This document shows, in pieces, positions 1 through 13,477 of a DNA stretch of 64,000 nt; the first letter of the stretch is position 1; each line of letters opens with the position of its first letter. The notes beneath the pieces were generated by a model. That model was not told the origin of the DNA. It worked only from the letters and a program-made list of their open reading frames with translations, and did no database searches. Source of the stretch: Nymphaea colorata (taxonomy: Eukaryota); contig NC_045138.2 of the NCBI RefSeq assembly GCF_008831285.2, positions 13,144,001-13,208,000 on the forward strand, in the 5' to 3' direction. A program made the translations under genes and the position numbers.

Positions 1-96
1 AATCTATAGTGGTGATCGACTTGAAAATGGTCATTTGTGATTAAAAACGGATATGAATATTTGATCAAAGGTCAGAAATGGTAAATCTGATTCATT

Positions 97-1559
97 CTAA
101 TCCATTGAGTGGGATGGAATTGAACCAACTTCACTCAATCTCTCTCTAGAGATCAATTTTCTGTTATTCTCTTCTCTTCTCTAAAAGGTCTCCCTAATTT
201 TGCTTCTAGTCTCATATCCCCCTATGAATGACTCCAATCATATAAACGACATTAAACTTTATTGTGACACAACTTTGATGAGGTATGAGATGCCTTCCAT
301 CACATTCATTGATTTTACAAAAGCGAAATTTCAAACAAAACGAATAAACATCAATAAACTTGGACACACACAAAGGCTCTTGCATTTCCAGCAAAAGCGC
401 ATCTATCAAATTGACAAGACAATGCACGTTTGAAATTTTGATTAGGCAACCCCCTGAGAAGGCTCGGTGGGGCAAAGAAGGAGAAGAAAATCAAAGGGAG
501 GAAAGGTAAAAACCAAAGCTGATCTTCATATTGGACAGCAAAGCAAGCCCAACAATGAAATCAAAAATTGCATATGTCATAGAATAAATGAAAACAAAGA
601 CACATATAGGGCGGTGTACAGTACCTTATTTACATAATCAGGTAGGAGTCCAGCTCATAATTGTATAAAACTGGCCATGGAAGTAAAAACTAGTAGAGAA
701 TTTTGGGGAAATGCAAACAAGCTATGGAACAGCCAAAGAAGCTAGTAGAGAAGTTTGCATTATTGTGCCTTTGGCTGTTCAACAGCTTGCTTACATTTCC
801 TTAGTTTCATTTGAAAGTACATGTGACAAAACATCACAGATAAGAACAACCAACGGAAACAGAAAAACTTAGCCATGTAGCAACCGTAAAATTATTTATT
901 GTAAAGCCAATTATAGTGTGCAATTTTATAACTTTCTAAAAATAAAAAAGGAATGACAAGAGAATGGAATATTATGAACAGACAGAACCGCAAGGCGCCA
1001 TCAAGATGCATACCTCAGCAGCATTGATTTTTGTCTGGCCCAAGAAACATAGCCTTCTAGATCAACTTCAACACTTAAGTTCATAATAGCGGTACAAACC
1101 TAGGAAAATGTGTCAATCACAAAGTCTGTTATCAAATTGTTGAGTACACATCCCACAACCCATACCTCCAAACAACTTGTGACAGATCACATGATATATA
1201 TATATATATGTTAGATTAATCTAAAAAAATATTTCCATATTCCAATGCTAAACATGACAATAGCAGGACAGGAAAATATAAGCTTAACCCATTGAATGTA
1301 ACTCACCTTAAAAACAAGTTTCTTTAGCCGCTGTTTTATGCCATTTCTTACTTTTAAAAAGACCTTTTAATTGTTTTTTAAATTGAACAGTTATTTACTA
1401 TTTTGATGGGGAGCCCATAACGACCGAATAAAATTCAAATTGAAATAAAAAACAAAAAATCCCTGCCCATTATACGTGAGATAAACAAAACGCTCGTTGG
1501 GGCAAATCTAATTTCTTTTTTCCTGCCCATTAAACCTGAGTTGAAGAATATGTCCGTTG
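97..1559. repeat. Local segmental duplication, copy 1
   Basis: Collinear with 4698-5794 from TCTAATCCATTGA...GGAATTGAACCAACTTCACTCAAT to GAAGAA(T/A)ATGTCCGTTG. Confidence 0.9.
625..1346 (-). pseudogene. Unidentified spliced host-gene fragment (3 exons: 1346-1307, 1099-1014, 721-625)
   Basis: GT-AG bounded segments join in consistent phase to NGIKQRLKKLVFK|VCTAIMNLSVEVDLEGYVSWARQKSMLLS|LFAFPQNSLLVFTSMASFIQL*AGLLPDYVNK with one TGA. Family not recognised. Confidence 0.45.
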
Positions 1560-1897
1560 CACGATTTTCCCGTAATCATATTTCCAGAAATTTCGGATCA
1601 GCTTTCCTATTCGATGAAAAAGCCCGTTAGGGCTGGCATGGTGAGCATCGGCTTCTGCCGCAGCCGCCGTCCTCCTCCTTGCAGCTTCCTTCATCGCAGC
1701 TCCCTCCTCTAGCCCTGCAGCTTCGTGGGTGAGTGGAACGGCGTTGGCGGTAAACAGTTTTCATATGGCGGACAACAAAATGACTGTTTTGCAAGACACT
1801 TCTGAGGCCCCTTGTCCACCAAAGGCATTCTTAAGAGCATGAATTGATCTCCTGAACCCATGAACAAAGCGTACCTCTCAAAGGCTAACAACGTCAA

Positions 1898-2109
1898 GCA
1901 AGTATGCATTGGTCCTTTTGAGAGGTTGTGCCGCCCAGAGGAAGTCGCCAGCAAGTATGCATTGGTCCTTTTGAGAGGTTGTGCCGCCCAGAGGAAGTCG
2001 CCAGCAAGTATGCATTGGTCCTTTTGAGAGGTTGTGCCGCCCGGAGGAAGTCGCCAGCAAGTATGCATTGGTCCTTTTGAGAGGTTGTGCCGCCCAGAGG
2101 AAGTCGCCA
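1898..2109. repeat. 53-bp tandem minisatellite, 4 copies
   Basis: Unit GCAAGTATGCATTGGTCCTTTTGAGAGGTTGTGCCGCCCAGAGGAAGTCGCCA at 1898, 1951, 2004 and 2057; one substitution in copy 3; no spacers. Confidence 0.97.
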
Positions 2110-4697
2110 GTATGGCTAAGAGATGTAGTTGGCTGAAGATTTTCGAAGGCTAGACAATGGCAATTGGTGGTTTGGTGTAGTTTCAGGGTGTGTTGGAAGT
2201 CGACTGCAATTCCCCGGATGGGCCCAGGTGCTGCCAAACCGTAGCATACAAGTGAAGCAGCAGTGTAAAACCTTCCATCACCGCTAGAGATTAGTATCGT
2301 AGATCAGTGCCTCAGTGACCAAGTGACCAGATGATTGAAGTTAAAGAGAGCTTAGGCCTATTTGATGGAGGGGAAGATGAGTACAATGGCTTCTTTTCTG
2401 CTGTTGAGCCGCACTCCTATGTTGACTGACCTTGCGAAGGGAATACCAAGGAAGAAGCAAGCTAAGTGGATCGGTGCACTCCTTGTAGGCATACAGAGAG
2501 CTGCAGTTAGATGGCTTGCTACTATGGCTATGGCAGTACAGAAAACAGGATTGCCGAGTTAGTACTTCCAGGGGACTCAATGTCATGGAGGGCAGGAATG
2601 GAGCAGCAAATTTGGAGAAGATGGGTAATCAACAGCTTGTTTTCCAATGGGGCAGGCTGAACTCTCTAAAGTTGCTACCATTGGCTACCATTTTTCTAAA
2701 ACCTGCTTGTGGGTAGAGAAAAAGACGGAGAGTCAACTGCAAGAATGATCCAGGCAGAATTGGAGAGGGGGCATGTAGGTGACTGAATTGTTAGTATTGT
2801 TGGAAGGGGAATTGTTAGTATCTGTCCGAAGGGGGACGAGACTGAAGCCTATAATAAATCCGAAAAGAAATGATGCATTCTCTGGGATAGTAGGATCACA
2901 TGTTCCCAAGAGTACTAAGCAGGTAGAGGCATATATTACAATTCAAGCATTTCCAAACCTTTAAAGAGGCATTTCCAAACCTTTAAAGAAATCTGTTGAC
3001 AAGATTGTCATGGAGTTTTCCAAAGAGAAAAGTGAAGAGATTGCTCAGCCTTCAGCACCTTTCTTAATCTCCTGAGGCACACCTTGTTGATGACCCATTT
3101 CCAACCAGTCACAGCAAACTCGTCTGATGAGCACTTCAAAGTTAATTTAATGGTTAGACTAACATTGATTGAAATTGCCAAAAAATTTAAGAAATATCGA
3201 TGTTATATTCTGGCAGGTGTCGCCCAAGTTAGATGTTGTTCTCAGTGCCAGAAAGGGTAATTACACAATTAGTATGGGAGGAATGGAAGGGTAATTACAC
3301 AATTAGTATTGGAGGAATGAAAGGGGCTGTTGAAGTTGTAGAGAGGGGAAAAGATTGCTACCTTGGTCGGCCCGCACTCTGATGGGCTACCTTGGTCACA
3401 TTGCTTGAGAAGATCTGCAAAACAAACACAGGTTCCAATCTCTACTCACCGCGACCATAACATCAACACAGAACTATTGAAGTCATTCAATGGAGCAGGG
3501 GTTGCTTGCCAGGAAATGGGGAGGGGGAAGCAATTGCAAGATCTAAATCAATGTGTATGTAACCACCTCAGACACGAGGCATTACGAGGGAGAGGGTTCA
3601 TGTTTTGGCAGATGCCTTGGGACAGCCCATGCGAAAAGCCCCAGCGACAGCCCAAATCTGATGGGCAAAAGAACCTGCAATCAACTTGATAGAAGCACAG
3701 ATGTTCTGGTTCTGTTGGGGGTTAATCAAGGTTAATCAAGTAGTCAATGCACTGTGGGGGCCTGGACTGCATCTCCTGGCTCAATGGAAGGCTCTTCTCG
3801 TACAACAACCATTTTTCTTTACACGTTGAGGAGAAAGTGTTTTTTAGGCATTGGGTATAAAATTCTAGTAGTGCTTATATATGGTCTAAGAACCACCACT
3901 AACCTTGAGAGTTTGGCCCTCTGGCGATGGATAACCCTAATCGGGGATTAGGAGTTCGAAGGGGGGACTCTTGTTAGGGGTGGCTGACACAAAGCCTTTC
4001 CAATAATTAAGTGTTTGGATTCACCTACCTAATATTGTTAGGTTTTTAACTTGACAATTTTGGATCAAAGGAAATTATCTTGAAATGTGCATTGGGTAAC
4101 AACCAAGGTTTTCAAACCCAATGTGATAACTCGGATGAAGGCAATTTGAATTCCTACCATCTTTTTCGAGATTCAGCTGTTGTTTTGATTGCAAACAGTC
4201 CTCCCCCAACAAACTAACTTCATTCTATGTTGGCACTTGGAGAATCCGTCCATCCTATTCATTGCTAAGTTGACATATCCTGTTCAGGACAGTGCTTGCT
4301 TGCTGTCATCTGAATAGTTTGTTCAAGTAGGATTTTGGATTGTTTCTCTCGGTACTTTAAACTGGAGACTGAAGAACGGAAGTAAATTCCTTTCATTTGT
4401 GTTGTCAACATAAAGTAAGGTTTGAGTGCACAGCATTCACGGGAGAAGCACAGCTGTTGTTTTCGCTTTGATTCGTCTTGGACCAGCTGATCATAAAGGA
4501 TGAGATAGAAAATTTGGTTCAAGAATTCCTTCAGTCATTCATTCGTAAATGAAACCGTTTTATTTGGTTTGGGAAATGAACGTCATATGAAACGAGCTGC
4601 CACACCATACTTGATCTTTTGCGGTGATTAACTTCACCTCTGTACGGAGATGGTTGATGGCTATAGCGGTGATGGCATTCACTGCTGTATGATTCAA

Positions 4698-5395
4698 TCT
4701 AATCCATTGAATGTGATGGAATTGAACCAACTTCACTCAATTTCTCTCTAGAAATCAGTTTCCTATAATTATTTTATAAACTTTTCTCTTCTCTTCTCTA
4801 AAAGGTCTCCTCAATTTGCTTCTAGTCTAGTCTCCCTATGAATGAATCCAATCATATAAACGACACAAGTTCGTGCATCCATTTAATGTGACACAATTTT
4901 GATGAGGTATGAGATGCCTTTCATCACATTCATTGATTTTACACGCACGAAATTTCATACAAAGCGAATAAAGATCAGTGAACTTGGACGCACACAAAGG
5001 CTCTTGCATTTCTGGCAAAAGCGCATCTATCAAATTGACAAGACAATGCAAGTTTCAAATTTTGATTAGGCAACCCCCTGAGAAGGCAGGGTGGGGCAAA
5101 GAATGAGAAGAAAATCAAAGGGATGTCATAGAATAAATGAAAACAAAGAGACATATAGGGCGGTGTACAGTACCTTATTTACATAATAAGGTAATTGTAT
5201 AAAACTGGCCATGGAAGTAGAAACTAGTAGAGAATTTTGGGGAAATGCAAGCATTCCTTAGTTTCATTTGAAAGTCCATGAACACAGATAAGAACAAGTA
5301 ACGGAAACAAATAAACATTGCCATAAAATTATTATAAAGCCAATTATAGTGTGCAATTTCATTTTGACAGCCAAACCGCAATTCCTCAAGACCTG

Positions 5396-5450
<55 letters not shown>

Positions 5451-5794
5451 TTTCCACATTCAAATGCAAAATTTCTAAAATACAGCGCATGACAGCAAAA
5501 CATGCTAATAGCAGGACAGGAAAATATAAACTTAACCCATTGAATGTAAAATCTGAAAATTATAACTCACCTTAAAAACAAGCTTCTTTTGCCGCTGTTT
5601 TATGCCAATTCTTACATTAAAAAAAGCATTTTAAAATTATTTAAATTGAATAGTTATTTACTATTTTGATGAGGAGCCTGTAACGATAAAAAATTCCCTG
5701 CCCATTAAGCATGAGATGAACAAAATGTTCTTTGGGGCAAATCGAATTTCTTTTTTCCTGCCCATTAAGCGTGAGGTGAAGAAAATGTCCGTTG
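4698..5794. repeat. Local segmental duplication, copy 2 (internally deleted)
   Basis: Matches 97-1559 but lacks several blocks, including the 1014-1099 exon; its TA tract is longer (5398-5446). Confidence 0.9.
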
Positions 5795-6631
5795 GAAAAT
5801 ATGAATGTAATCGCTATGCATCATAATATCCGTTACGCATTGAAAATCGTGAGATCATTTGACTTTAAAGTTGGAAGAAGATTTACATACAGATATTAAT
5901 TTTACCATAGTAAAAATCACCCTTGATATTGACATGATCTTAATAAAAAAATCACCATAAGATGAAGTAAGATAGATCGTTGGTGTAAATGTGAGTGATG
6001 AGGGGTGGTGAGGGATCAGAATAACTCCAGAAGATCGAGACAGAAAACCAAACCTGTGTTTATGCGCAAAGCAAAATGTGAGCTTTAAATGAGGAAGAGG
6101 ATTGATCAAGAAAAGCAATTCCTATAACAAAAAGAAAGAGCGTGGAGACTGAAATAAGCAGATGTTGGGCAACATGGATTCTGCATTCCTTGAGTAACTA
6201 ATTGCTTTCCATGTAGTCTGCTGGAGGCTACAGTTGTGGAGAAATGAAACCATTCATATATATTGCAATAATAGTCTAATTAATGGAATATTACGATCAG
6301 CAGTTACTCTCGAATTGAAGGGAGTATTCCTAAGTTCACTCAGATTCCGAACCAATGCTAGACTATGGGGGCAAGAGAAAGAGGGCAGGGCTGCGGCCCT
6401 TTCATGCATTTCCCCCTTATGAGGAAATATGCTCCATTCAAATACTTTTATTTGACCACCAATTTAACCTTGAGAACTGAATAATCATAGCAGTAATTGG
6501 GCGTATTAGATGAACTGATTTTTTTTTTTTTGAATGTTATGGAGTTCTTAGTGGCATGGGAGCCGTCAACTATTGGAGAAATCATCATGAGTGGATGGTT
6601 TATGTTCTCCATTATGGAAGCTTAAGCCTGT

Positions 6632-6636
<5 letters not shown>

Positions 6637-6672
<36 letters not shown>
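6637..6672. repeat. (TA)n microsatellite
   Basis: Read directly. Similar TA, CT or CA tracts at about 5398, 8914, 12760, 16452, 41524, 45858 and 63719. Confidence 0.95.
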
Positions 6673-6675
<3 letters not shown>

Positions 6676-7952
6676 TATAGTTTTTTAAGTAAAACATATC
6701 GATTGCCTCTCTCCAAGGGTGGTGAAAGCAGGTGTAAGCAACGTGTGGGACATCTGCAAACGTAGACCCACAAACAGTACATACTTTTATATAAGTTTTA
6801 AAGTAACTGGCTCTCAATAGGCAGCTGGCTTCGACGTTAGCAATAAGTGGTAAAGTAAGGTCCATTTAAGCTGCAAAGCGTTGTTTGATTGTACAAATAA
6901 TCACCTTATATTTTTAAAAGAGAGTGAATTTTTTTCTCTCAGTAAGTGTCCAACCATTCCTTTAGCTTTTCAGTAAGAGTGTAAACAGGGCAACATTTTC
7001 TCCCTCAAAAAGAATTTTCGAATGTGTTATGCAAACTCTTCAAGGATTCGCAGCTTGCAGGCCTTGGTTTTAGCTTTTTTCTTACCTCGTTGGTACTGTT
7101 CCTCAAAATTTTTCTGCGCTCTCTCCTCATATCACCTAATAAATAAAGGTAGCAGCAAGAAAACTGAGTATGAGGATTGCATGCATGGAAGGGAAGATGT
7201 GTCTGTAGACTCTGTACCATCATCCCTTTTATGCATCTGTATTTGTAGATAAGATTCCAAAGCAAGAATGCACCCGTGGATGAAATTACACACTTGAAAG
7301 AGGGTAGCAAGAGCTGAATGAGCTCAATTAGAGCACATCATCAAAATAATTAGTTTATCTTGCTCATGAGTGTTGATGCTTACTGCTACTGCATCTTATT
7401 GATGTCTTCTGAGTGGGATTCTCTCATAGGATTCAAAAAAATTGAGACACTGTCATGCTTGCTAAGAATGCAGAACAGATTGTCGTTTGGCATCCAGTTT
7501 ATACTTTATATAACTGGAACAAACTTCTTGAATATACATGGCTGCATTTAGATATTCATGTATAATGAATGTGACTTTCTGCTGTGTATAGATTATAGGC
7601 CATAGTAGGAGGAGCCATAATAAGAGAAGCTTGGCTTGGGATTCTTGTCTTTTGTGTGCCAGTTTTTCTTATGACTCTATACAATTGGCTATCATTCTTA
7701 TATTGAAATTTTCTCTGTTTCATGCCTGTTGTGACTCTTTACATAAGTTGGCCATTGTATGCCAACATTCTGTCTCTTTGCATCATCTCACCAGCTAAAG
7801 AATGGAGTCCCTTAAACAATTAGTGGTCTCTTGCATGTCTGTTTCTCATCGCTCTTGTATTTGTCTATCTTTTTTGCTTTGAGATTCTTCTCTGTTTTAT
7901 GTACTGCCCATTGAGAGCCAACATAGTGTTAACTTTATTTTCATCTCATCAG

Positions 7953-8349
7953 TTGGACAATGTTTCTGCGGGTATGACTGAATGGAAGAGTCTTTTGAAC
8001 AATTACTGGACACGGTTTAGCAAGTACTGTGACCATGTGACCAAAGTTGATATTCGACAGGTATCCCTTGTTTCCAAATTGCTAATGAATTGCAGGAGAT
8101 AATCCTTTTTAGGCTGTTGCTTATAAATTTATTTTTCTATTCGAATCTTTGTAAAACTCATATTAGGCATTTCAGCTAGTTGTATGGTATGAAAATCCCT
8201 AAACAGCACAAAGGTGCAAGTTGTAATTACCTCTGCTTCTTGCTCTTCTCTTACTGGCCACTCTTCTTGCAGGTGGAACAGATGTTGGGAGAGACTTTTA
8301 AGGATCAATTATTCTCTTCTCTACTTATTAAACACAGAACTTGTCCTAG
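7953..8349 (+). pseudogene. Two-exon fragment of the plant type IA (bacterial-like, organellar) DNA topoisomerase I
   Basis: Exons 7953-8060 and 8273-8349 with a GT-AG intron give LDNVSAGMTEWKSLLNNYWTRFSKYCDHVTKVDIRQ|VEQMLGETFKDQLFSSLLIKHRTCP. This matches the recalled region before the zinc ribbon in plant type IA topoisomerase. No flanking exons found. Confidence 0.8.
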
Positions 8350-9847
8350 GTACTTATGCTGGTGTACACTTCTTTTTTTTTTTTTTGGGTTCAACTAGTA
8401 CCCTATTGCAGACTTATCTGGCTTCAGATATAATTTCCTGCACCTAATTTCTACCAAGCTTTCATGAATGACCAAAGATGAGCAGAGGGAGATTTGATAC
8501 TAACATATTAACCTATTGAGTTGTGAGTTTGATGGATGGGCTAATGCATTCAATGTTGCTTTTTCTTTTGGGGTGCTCAAAGTGGCCAATGCATGTACAA
8601 GGAAACGAATGGACATAAAAACACTTTCATATTTGTTGATATGGTAAATATTATTAAGCTATTTGCAAAATTTGCTTGAGAAGTTTTCGACCAGAGCTAA
8701 AGAATTTTGTGTGACCAAGTTAAACATGAAAGGACAGAGAATTAGAAAAGAGCAAGGTACTCAAGAACTGATATAATATGCACAAAAGTTTGTTTATAAT
8801 GAAAAGTGCTGTCATATAAAATGACACTAGTGTGGCTGTGTTTTGCTTGTCACACAGACACAGGACTGTGTGCAGAAAATGATCTCGGATGTATTGATGA
8901 TTCAGGGCTCCTGTCTCTCTCTCTCTCTCTCTCTCCAACTTTAAGTGAATCACAAAGTAAAAGAAAAAAATATATGTAAAAATTGTAGCTTACAGCATTT
9001 GCTTATCTGGTAATAACAATTATCCTCCTCTGCGTTTGAGAGATTGAGTTTTCCACATGCAGCATCCGCTAGTTCCCACTACAACAAACATCGTTCATTG
9101 ATTTTAATCAATATTTTGTCTTACCTTTCATTATAAAAGAAACAAACATATCTTAAAGGCATCATATCCAAAACTCTGATATGCACCTTATATCATATTT
9201 TAAGATAAAATTCATCAAGAGGACGACAAGGGTCCTCAGGACATAACATAATAAAGTACAAAAGATATAGTGACAATAGTTTGCCAAATAATCACGACTG
9301 TATCGTGACATAATACTATAAATCATAATAGAATTTGCACCTTTCCAAAATGAACAACTGCCAAAGCAGCTGGAACATATAAGAAATTGAAATCTAAGGA
9401 TAAAAACGGTTCCTAGAACATAAAGTACAAGTTTAGTGATCCTCAAAAAAAGGAAACAAGTGAACCAGAACTTGGTCATCTGTGCACATGAGCAATGTTT
9501 TTAAAGTTTAAACCCATTGACCCAGGATTCAACCAGGAATTAATTAAGTCATGACTCTGCAGTTTGACTCAGGAAGCAGTGAAAAAAAAACCACTGAGCA
9601 AGGAAGAGCATATTTTTAATGCTCTTCATTCAAGCCAAGGAATGTGATTCTTCAAATTGGCTAACAAAATGGATGGTTCAAACATTGACAGGTCAGAAAC
9701 TTAGAAATAAGTGCCATAACAATATTAAAGTATAGCACAGTGCTTTAGCTCATCCTTATAGGAGTTCAGCAGCGATTAACAGAATGCCACATACAGAAAT
9801 AGCTCGTTTGAAACAGCCATGAGATGCAAAGCAAGGAAAAAACTAAC

Positions 9848-12236
9848 CTGATGGACCGTGTCATGATAGAAATTATTAACCTTCAAGGCATGAGTCAAGT
9901 TTCTAGTTAGTCCACCTGAAGCACCAATATTTGCACCAGCATATTCTTTATAAGGAAATGAACAGAGGTGCCCCACTGCAGCAACAAGCATCTCAACACG
10001 GATGAGGAAATTTTGAAAATCAGCAGCTTCTTCAGCGAATCAGCAGTCTTTATGAAACGAGACTTGGCAGCTAGAAAGACCATAACACCCTGAAAGCAAG
10101 ACATGCCAACACGTTCTTAGTTACAATTGTTCAAACTAAACCTTTTCCAAGTAGTTATACTCTTTATAAAGAGATGAAAGTTTACTTCAGATTTTCAACC
10201 ATTTCAAGTTTAAGTCAAACCCATTGCTGAAGGAAATACCGAAGGAATTTTTTTTGCCAGACAACTCAGCAGATCTAGGATTATAATGGAACATAAGTAT
10301 CCAAATGAAAAGCCAACTTGGATGCACTTTTGTGTTCGTTGCTCCCAGCTTATCAAGAATCCATGGTGTTACTGACTGCAGCACAAGAGTAGTGCACTCT
10401 ATATAGTCAAAAGTATTGGGAAGGCCTAGGAAATGGACCTTCAAAAAGGACTAGGTGGGGCAAAGCAGGCCAAAAAGAAAGAGAATAAAAACAAAGAAGA
10501 GTATAAGTCAGGGAAAAGAAGAAGAAGAAAAGGAGAAAGGAAAACCTTTCTACATTTGCTGCCTAGACACTACAGCCTGATAAAAACGTGGCTAACCAGG
10601 GCCTAGGCACACTTTTGACCCCATAGAATGTACTAGTCTACTAGATATAATGTGATATTTCAGTGTATGTATATTTGTTTTAAAATGAATAGCCTGGTTA
10701 AGAAAGCAATTTCCCGATGAATCAAATTTAGACGAACTTTTACTTTATAGTACAGGAGAAAGAGCTAAATCCCTAGAGAACTGATAAGACGGTTCAACCC
10801 AAACTTGACCATCTTGAATTACAATAACCATTTTGTGGAGACTTTAGTTGTCATCTTTTCAAGCACCTTTCTTAGAATCTTCACTGTTTCAAGAATACAT
10901 CAGTACACTAATCTTGCTAACTCATCTTGGATATATAATAAACAACCTAAACTGACAGAAATAAGATTTCAATTTGAATAAACAACTAGTTGCACCATGA
11001 CAATATTCAAAACTTAGGTATGTTGGTTATTATTGTCAAAACTTTAAAATTGTTAGCAACCATTAGTGCTTACTGCTCACGTCTCAAGAATCAAATTCCT
11101 GTACTTAATTAAAAAATTAAAAAAGGGCCAGTGACACTACCATTTACACCAACAATTCACATGTTTCATCACCTTTTGGATGCATTACAATCCCCAACAA
11201 TGTAGTAAGTTAGACAAATATGCTGTCAAAAGACTTTCTAAACAAGAAAGCCCAACATGCAACTTCCTAAAATTTTGAAAAATTTTCCCCACCAAACTGC
11301 ATATGATGTGAAGACTTCCAAAGGTACCATGTTGCTAGAACTTCTTCAAAGAACCTCTCTCTCTCTCTCTCTGAGAAAAGGAAGCTTTTTCTCTAATGAA
11401 AGAACTAAAAGGTATCTTTTCCCAGATCTTAGAAAAATGATTTTGCAGATGGATTCTCTCTGCTTATGATTTTGTAACTATTTGACTGCAATTAAATTTT
11501 GACATGATGTTTCAAGAATCACTTGGACTTCAACATATCAACAAAATGTAAAGCAAAGTTGGTAATTTTTCACAACAAAAATACTCGATGGCTCTTATTA
11601 CAGAACTGCTATACTCTGCCTTCAGGCTAGTGTAACTTCCAGTTCCACTCGTGGTTCCAAGTCCAATTTCATGCTTCATCTTTTGGTTACGAACACTGAA
11701 CAGCTAATTGAAATAGAGGATGTTCAAACAATGTACAGGATACAACACTGATGGACGGAGAGAGGCAAAGCTTTCCTTATCTTCATACCTATTTCTGTGC
11801 TTTCATTGGTCATGGAGAAAGGGAATAGCATGATCTTTTCCACGAATTTTCTACTATGAGAATCATGGAATCTTTGATCTTCATGCTACTAAGAGAGTCA
11901 TCGACATGTACACATATGCACACAAGAGAGTGTGCTCAAATAGCAAAACTTCTCTCTCCTTGGACAATTTTGCAGTGATAGATTTGTTTGGTATTTGGAT
12001 ATATCTAGCCGATATGATTTCTTTCACAAGTAAAAAAGACAAGCCAAGAACAATAACCTATGACGTTCTCCAAGTAGATACACACCCATCAAGAGGTATG
12101 GCAGGAAAGCAGCATGTCATGAGACACCACAATGGTTTCAAAACTCTTACCATTTAAACTCAATACAACAGCACCGGGGCCTCCCACCCATGCAAGGCAA
12201 AGTGAAAGGAAATTGTAAATGACCCATGCTTCATAC
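9848..12236 (-). pseudogene. TMEM184/OSTalpha (DUF300) family remnant, two exons (12236-12086, 10089-9848)
   Basis: YEAWVIYNFLSLCLAWVGGPGAVVLSLNG/RVLKPLWCLMTCCFPAIPLDG (+1 frameshift) and GVMVFLAAKSRFIKT/AEEAADFQNFLIRVEMLVAAVGHLCSFPYKEYAGANIG...NNFYHDTVHQ (8-bp insertion). Splice sites intact; the intervening exon was not found. Confidence 0.88.
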
Positions 12237-12753
12237 CTGGAAGCACAGAAAATCCAGTTAAAATTCCAGAATGCATGTATAATATAAAGCATATCATATA
12301 GCATACATGCTTAGAACATATACTTCAATTTATGTTAGTGATCAGTGAACTGATGGGATGATGATACAAGCACAAAACGTGATAAAGTTCATGAGGGCCT
12401 AAAACAAGTACCAGCCAAAAGAAGAACCACATAACAGTTTTAACTTTTAAAAGACTGATTATTCTAGGACACTTATATAAATGTTGCTCTAAAGAATGAT
12501 CATCATCAATATAGAATATCAAAAGAATCAAATGCCAAGACCATAGAACAGATGCTCCACTTCCACTGCTGCCTGAGTGAAATGTAGTCCTTCTCAGGCC
12601 TGCATTTGTTCTTCCTGTCCAAAGGATGCCAGGAACTGCAGATTCCGTTCCTAGCATCTCTCTTTCTCACGGTTTTATCTATGGTACAAGATGTACTAGA
12701 AAGGCACATGGTAAGCTTAAATGTCTTTCTCATTCAATTCAGATCTGAGCAAA

Positions 12754-12795
<42 letters not shown>

Positions 12796-13477
12796 ACTCT
12801 CTCTCTCTCTCTCCCTCTCTCTATAACTCACGTACAACGAACTGCCAAAAAAACACTACCAATCTAAGTGTCCAAGAAAACTCTGTGGTCACAAATGTGG
12901 TCTTTGCTTTTTCTGGCCAGGAAGAGACGTTCAAAGGTTTCTGAAGAATATCTTTTGGCGAATAAAATATATGTACAATATGTGTGATATATTTTTTAGT
13001 TTATTATAACATTGATATGATACATATAACATGTATAATAATGTCTATGTGTGTATAAAACGAAAACTTAAAAATGAAAATTTTAGTAATATGTTCCCTA
13101 CAATTACATTATTAGTACCCCCGTTTTTCTGTAATATAGTAAATTTTGGTAATGGACTATAGAGTGTATGTGTGTGTGTGACTTTGTAGACATGGTCATT
13201 ACTTTGTATACATGAATGACTCCATCAAACCCTGGGACTAGGCTAACTTGGCCAAAACTCTACTGTCACGGCCAAAACTTGGATCACTCAGCCTGGTCAT
13301 GCAAAGCCAAGTCTTCCCATTTCCTGATTCTTCCATTTTATTGACCAGATTGGAGATTAAGCTACCAGGTCTCAGACAACTCAGTTGATTCGATCAAGTT
13401 ATTAAACATGTATAAAAAATCAAGACAAAGATGAATTACAATCCTGCACGATTAAAACAAGACAAGGAAGAGATAAC

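Noticed and set aside
1898..2109. CRISPR-like array
   Set aside because: Head-to-tail repeats with no unique spacers, no cas genes, and a eukaryotic context.
2300..4600. Degenerate LINE
   Set aside because: No endonuclease or RT motifs or poly(A) tail could be recognised.
9077..9090. CACTACAACAAA as a CACTA terminus
   Set aside because: It lies in sequence resembling the degenerate satellite near 28490, and no matching right TIR or TSD was found.
12506..12733. Possible WD40 fragment (DKTVRKRDARNG)
   Set aside because: One short motif without supporting exon structure.
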